From Neoechinorhynchus agilis (lineage: Eukaryota; Animalia; Acanthocephala), in contig CM121341.1 in assembly GCA_051530055.1 (NCBI GenBank), forward strand, positions 16,222,784 to 16,286,783: a stretch of DNA of 64,000 nt. Direction: 5' to 3'. A model generated the notes under the pieces. The model saw only the letters and a list, made by a program, of their open reading frames with translations. It ran no database searches and was not told the DNA's origin. Each line of letters starts with the position of its first letter. The first letter of the stretch is position 1. Made by a program: the position numbers and the translations under genes. Positions 60,539 to 64,000 of this stretch are shown piece after piece.

Positions 60539-61130
60539 GTCTGAGTTATCGGTGTGAGGCGGTAAGCACTTTGTGAGTGGATAATGAAGGAAATAAATGC
60601 TTAAGTATGCCGAAATAAAAAACACCGCAGTGCTCTAGGTTTAGGTAACGACTAAATAGTAAACCAAAATTGCGTTTTTACAGTAAGAATAAGATCCTTG
60701 GGTACATTATTTTAACACCCACAGATTTGAGAATTATGCACTTCTTGCAAGTTAAGACTGACTTATAATAATAACACATTTTATTGCTCATAGTAGAGAA
60801 ACCATGTACCTCTGGGTCCCCGACTTCTAAACTGTAATAGTTCGAAATGTTCCCTGAATCAGAAACTGTGAAACACAAGCATGTCCCGATATTTTCAATG
60901 CACGATAGCACTTCGGGTGGTTATAAACGCTTGTCCTCACTTTTCCGAGTCTTTTTCGTAGGGCGTAAATGGTCACGGGTATTACAATACTCACAAAAAC
61001 ACTGTTCATCTCTCTCGTACAACAAAGTTTCAACGAAAACCTTAATTAAGGTCACGGTAATTGTCTAAATTGCGAGGATTAATAATGTGTATAAAATGTC
61101 GTCCAACGTATAAAAATTTTGTTGACCAAA

Positions 61131-62348
61131 ATGAGATCTTTAACTCTCGTAATTTTGACCATTTTGGTGTTAGTCATTTGTGGGTTACCAAATTGTTACG
61201 ACAAGTGTTGGAATGTCTGTGATCAGGAATGGAACAGTTTATCGGAAGATGAGAGGACACAAGGAAAATGGGAAGCTTGCTTTGAGGGATGTTACTCGAA
61301 ATGTGAATCCAACACTTTACCTTCAACTTTAACAGAACTTAAATTAGAGACCACACCTGAAGAAATTGAGATAACGTATGGAATTATTGAGCCGGAAAAT
61401 AAAGTTAATCACCAGAAACCCGCTGTGGAATGTTATGCGAATTGCTATGGTATCTGCAGAGATACATGGGCCACACCTTTGGTTTGGGGAGAATGTTTCC
61501 AGAGTTGCATTCCCAAATGCAGATTTACTAATTCACTACCTCTAGAAGCGGCAAATCAAGTTCAAGATGATCAATTCAGAGTCTTAGGACATCCAGGATG
61601 TTTCGAAATTTGTTCAGGAACTTGTGCAGAGGAATGGAATAGTTGGCCCGATCAAGATAAGACCGCAGAGAACTGGGCGAACTGCTTCGAGCGCTGTATA
61701 CCTGGATGTGAGTCCGGAAGTCTGCTTTCGACGACTAAGCACCCAGAACGGGAATCGACTACAACTCAACAAACACCGGATTATACCGATAAACAACATG
61801 ACCAAGGGGATCAGCAAGCTATCTTTAGCAAGTTCAAGGATCAACTCCTGGATTCGCACAACGAACGACGAAAAGCTCACGGTGTATCGCCATTGGAATA
61901 TGACGCATCATTGGCCCAAGAAGCACAAGCGTATGCCGAACGATTGGCACAATTAAATCAGTTAAAACATAGATGTGGGTTGGCTAAGCGAGGGATCGGT
62001 GAAAATCTACACTACGCTATTATTTATCCAGTGGATGGCAAAATTGATTACGATACACGTTATGGTGATCACACGACCAGAGATTGGTACTGTGAAATAA
62101 GAAATTATGACTATGGGTCACGAAAAAGCAACGGTGGTGTCATAAATCATTTCTTGCAAGTCGTATGGAAAGAGACAACGAAAGTGGGGTTCGGAATCGC
62201 AGCTAAACCAAAACACGACGATGCCTGGAACGCAGAGTATTTTGTAATTGTTGCAAGATACTCCCCCAAGGGTGTCGTCGTGGGGCAACACGAGGAAAAT
62301 GTTCCAATGCCGCTTGAAGAATACTCGAAATATTGCGCCAATGCGTAA
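61131..62348 (+). CDS. Secreted CAP/SCP protein with 6-Cys repeats, second intact copy
   Basis: Intact ORF with seven amino-acid differences from 26392-27609 seen in the translations. Confidence 0.9.
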   Translation: MRSLTLVILTILVLVICGLPNCYDKCWNVCDQEWNSLSEDERTQGKWEACFEGCYSKCESNTLPSTLTELKLETTPEEIEITYGIIEPENKVNHQKPAVECYANCYGICRDTWATPLVWGECFQSCIPKCRFTNSLPLEAANQVQDDQFRVLGHPGCFEICSGTCAEEWNSWPDQDKTAENWANCFERCIPGCESGSLLSTTKHPERESTTTQQTPDYTDKQHDQGDQQAIFSKFKDQLLDSHNERRKAHGVSPLEYDASLAQEAQAYAERLAQLNQLKHRCGLAKRGIGENLHYAIIYPVDGKIDYDTRYGDHTTRDWYCEIRNYDYGSRKSNGGVINHFLQVVWKETTKVGFGIAAKPKHDDAWNAEYFVIVARYSPKGVVVGQHEENVPMPLEEYSKYCANA

Positions 62349-62671
62349 TATTTTCCGGAGCAAATAAAAATGATTTCTAATATGAATCTGATAGTGCAAT
62401 GCTTAAAGAATCTTAACATGAGTGCTCGAATTTCATAGAATCTGAACGTCCCTATTGCAATTAAAGGTCGTAAATGCCACGCGTTCCTACTTTCCGAACT
62501 GAATTACTTCATAATTGTTTCAATTGATCATTCAATTTTTATCATCATTAAATTTTAGTTTATCCCTTCTTGTCCGGCTTATTTTTAGGCATAGAGCCAA
62601 ACCAATTACATCAGAGAAGTGATATAACCACATAGTCTCCGATGCACGGTTAAGAGTGTGTACATTCCTCC

Positions 62672-62739
62672 GGATCCTCAGATACCTTTAGGAGACGGGA
62701 CTCATCAGTGAGTTTCCTCCCTTCAGCGGTATTTCGTCC
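62672..62739 (-). ncRNA. Non-circularly permuted hammerhead ribozyme, second copy
   Basis: Identical to 26001-26068; predicted cleavage 3' of the C complementary to g62681. Confidence 0.8.
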
Positions 62740-62757
62740 TCTTTGACTGTGCGCCAT

Positions 62758-62829
62758 TGGTGGTAACGGATTCGAACCACTTGACCCCTAATCGGGATCA
62801 CGGGCATTAGTCCACTTGACCACCTCGAC
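62758..62829 (-). promoter_or_regulatory. tRNA-derived Pol III head, second copy
   Basis: Identical to 25911-25982. Confidence 0.8.
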
Positions 62830-63054
62830 ACAACTACGAAATGTCAAACTCAGCCAGTTTTTTCGACTCAGGGTGAGCGCTGCGTCTTAAAATTCAATTT
62901 TTCTAAATTTCAACCCATTTCCTCTTTCCTTGACTCTATCCTTCCAACATCGTCGCTTATTTACTCGCCGTTTTGTGGAAGGACACCCAATACATTTCTA
63001 AACTTGTCTATTCATTCCCAGCACTCCAGCCCATTCCCCGCTCATTTCTTCTTT

Positions 63055-63205
63055 GACTTGCCTTTGTCTTTAATTTGAGCGGAAGATAACTTCCCAAATC
63101 TTCTACTGTGATCGTCATTCGTGCCAAGATAACGGTTTTAATTGCACTCTTCTTTTCCGGACAGAATTCTTCTACTATAGTTAGAATGTACTTTTTCAAA
63201 CATTC
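63055..63205 (-). mobile_element. hAT transposase fragment, second copy
   Basis: Mirror of 25535-25685. Confidence 0.58.
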
Positions 63206-63394
63206 TCCTTCAACGAAAAGATTTGGATTCCTTAGTCAATTTATTTGACATTCGGTAACCTGATCGAACGGCTGCTTTATTCTCCTTCTTTTTCTTATTA
63301 AATAACTTGATCAATCGACCAATCTCTCCACGCAGTTCGTCAATTTTCACTTCCCGGCACAAGCCACTATATCAATCATACTTAAATTTGGTCT

Positions 63395-64000
63395 TTGTTT
63401 CAAAAGCTACGAATTCGTCCACTTTCCTTGAAAATTTCGGCACTCAGAATCAATATTCGCCTTTTTTCCTGCGAACCGGCAAAATCGAGCGAAAACGACA
63501 AACTTTGTGACCCACATTTTAATGACATGTATTTAAGCCCGCGATGTAACTTTTTGCACAATTTCACACGAACAACAGGAAAAGATTTAAATACCCACTT
63601 AAATTTCGACTCGTCGCATCTGGAGGGATTTCCATTAGAGGATCACGTTCCTTCTAATCTTTCGATAGACTGTGCGGTAAAAGATTAGCGTCAACGAAAA
63701 AAATCCTAATGATAACTTTTGAAGAGCGCAATCTGCAAAAATTGCAATATTAAAGTCAACAATTAAGACTAAAGAAAACATTATGGTAATTAATATTTAT
63801 TAATTTAATCTTCGCTTTGACTATTTAATTAAACTTGACCAACTAATGTCTATCCGGCATAATTTTGCTTATTATCGGCCATTTTTTCAGCCTGTTTCTA
63901 GATTTAGTTTTAATCCTGTTCATAAAGTTAAACCAACGCTAACAGCCAGCACACGAAACTTGGAAAAGTGCTAGATTCAGTCTTCGTTCCTCAGAGAATA
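63395..64000 (+). CDS. Second copy of the uncharacterised presequence-bearing gene (continues beyond the window)
   Basis: First-exon translation identical to 25052-25345. Confidence 0.42.

Larger units (their letters stand above)
60887..64000. repeat. Inverted segmental duplication 1, right arm (runs off the window)
   Basis: Reverse complement of 24740-27852. Confidence 0.95.

Noticed and set aside
61131-62348. Positive selection between the two CAP copies
   Set aside because: Seven amino-acid changes against roughly three or four silent changes seen by eye is not above the neutral expectation; counts are too small.
1-64000. CRISPR arrays, prokaryotic operons or bacterial insertions (e.g. 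MsrB, CDF, M3A as HGT)
   Set aside because: No repeat-spacer arrays; these genes carry spliceosomal introns and sit among animal genes.

Overview
AT-rich, very compact animal genomic DNA; the taxon cannot be assigned from this window. Metazoan markers include a TGF-beta-family ligand, kappaB-Ras/NKIRAS, SAAL1 and animal-type glutamate dehydrogenase. Introns are mostly short (about 35-60 nt) and intergenic gaps very short. Recognisable genes: GDH (3' end), M3A oligopeptidase-like, TSEN15, VIPAS39/SPE-39, eIF6, SAAL1, a CAP/SCP secreted protein (2 copies), a divergent alpha-tubulin-like gene, NKIRAS (plus a frameshifted copy), TMEM68 (plus a partial copy), a TGF-beta ligand, TMEM242, a Mn-CDF/MTP-type transporter, an SLC28 nucleoside transporter, a pyruvate kinase-like gene and MsrB. 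There are three tRNA-Val(AAC) genes and one remnant. Mobile DNA: six CRE-clade (RT + restriction-like endonuclease) non-LTR copies, CR1/L2-group LINE fragments, a hAT fragment and a hairpin insertion. Two inverted segmental duplications are present (24.7-27.9 kb vs 60.9-64 kb; 31.3-32.7 kb vs 44.3-45.7 kb). The standout observation is at 25911-26068 (duplicated at 62672-62829): a tRNA-derived Pol III promoter head followed by a complete hammerhead ribozyme core whose three strands are in a non-circularly permuted order, matching none of types I, II or III. Other notable points are operon-like gene packing with AG acceptors next to start codons, and apparent pseudo-enzymes. All family assignments are by eye from remembered motifs; no searches were run, and exon boundaries are approximate unless stated.
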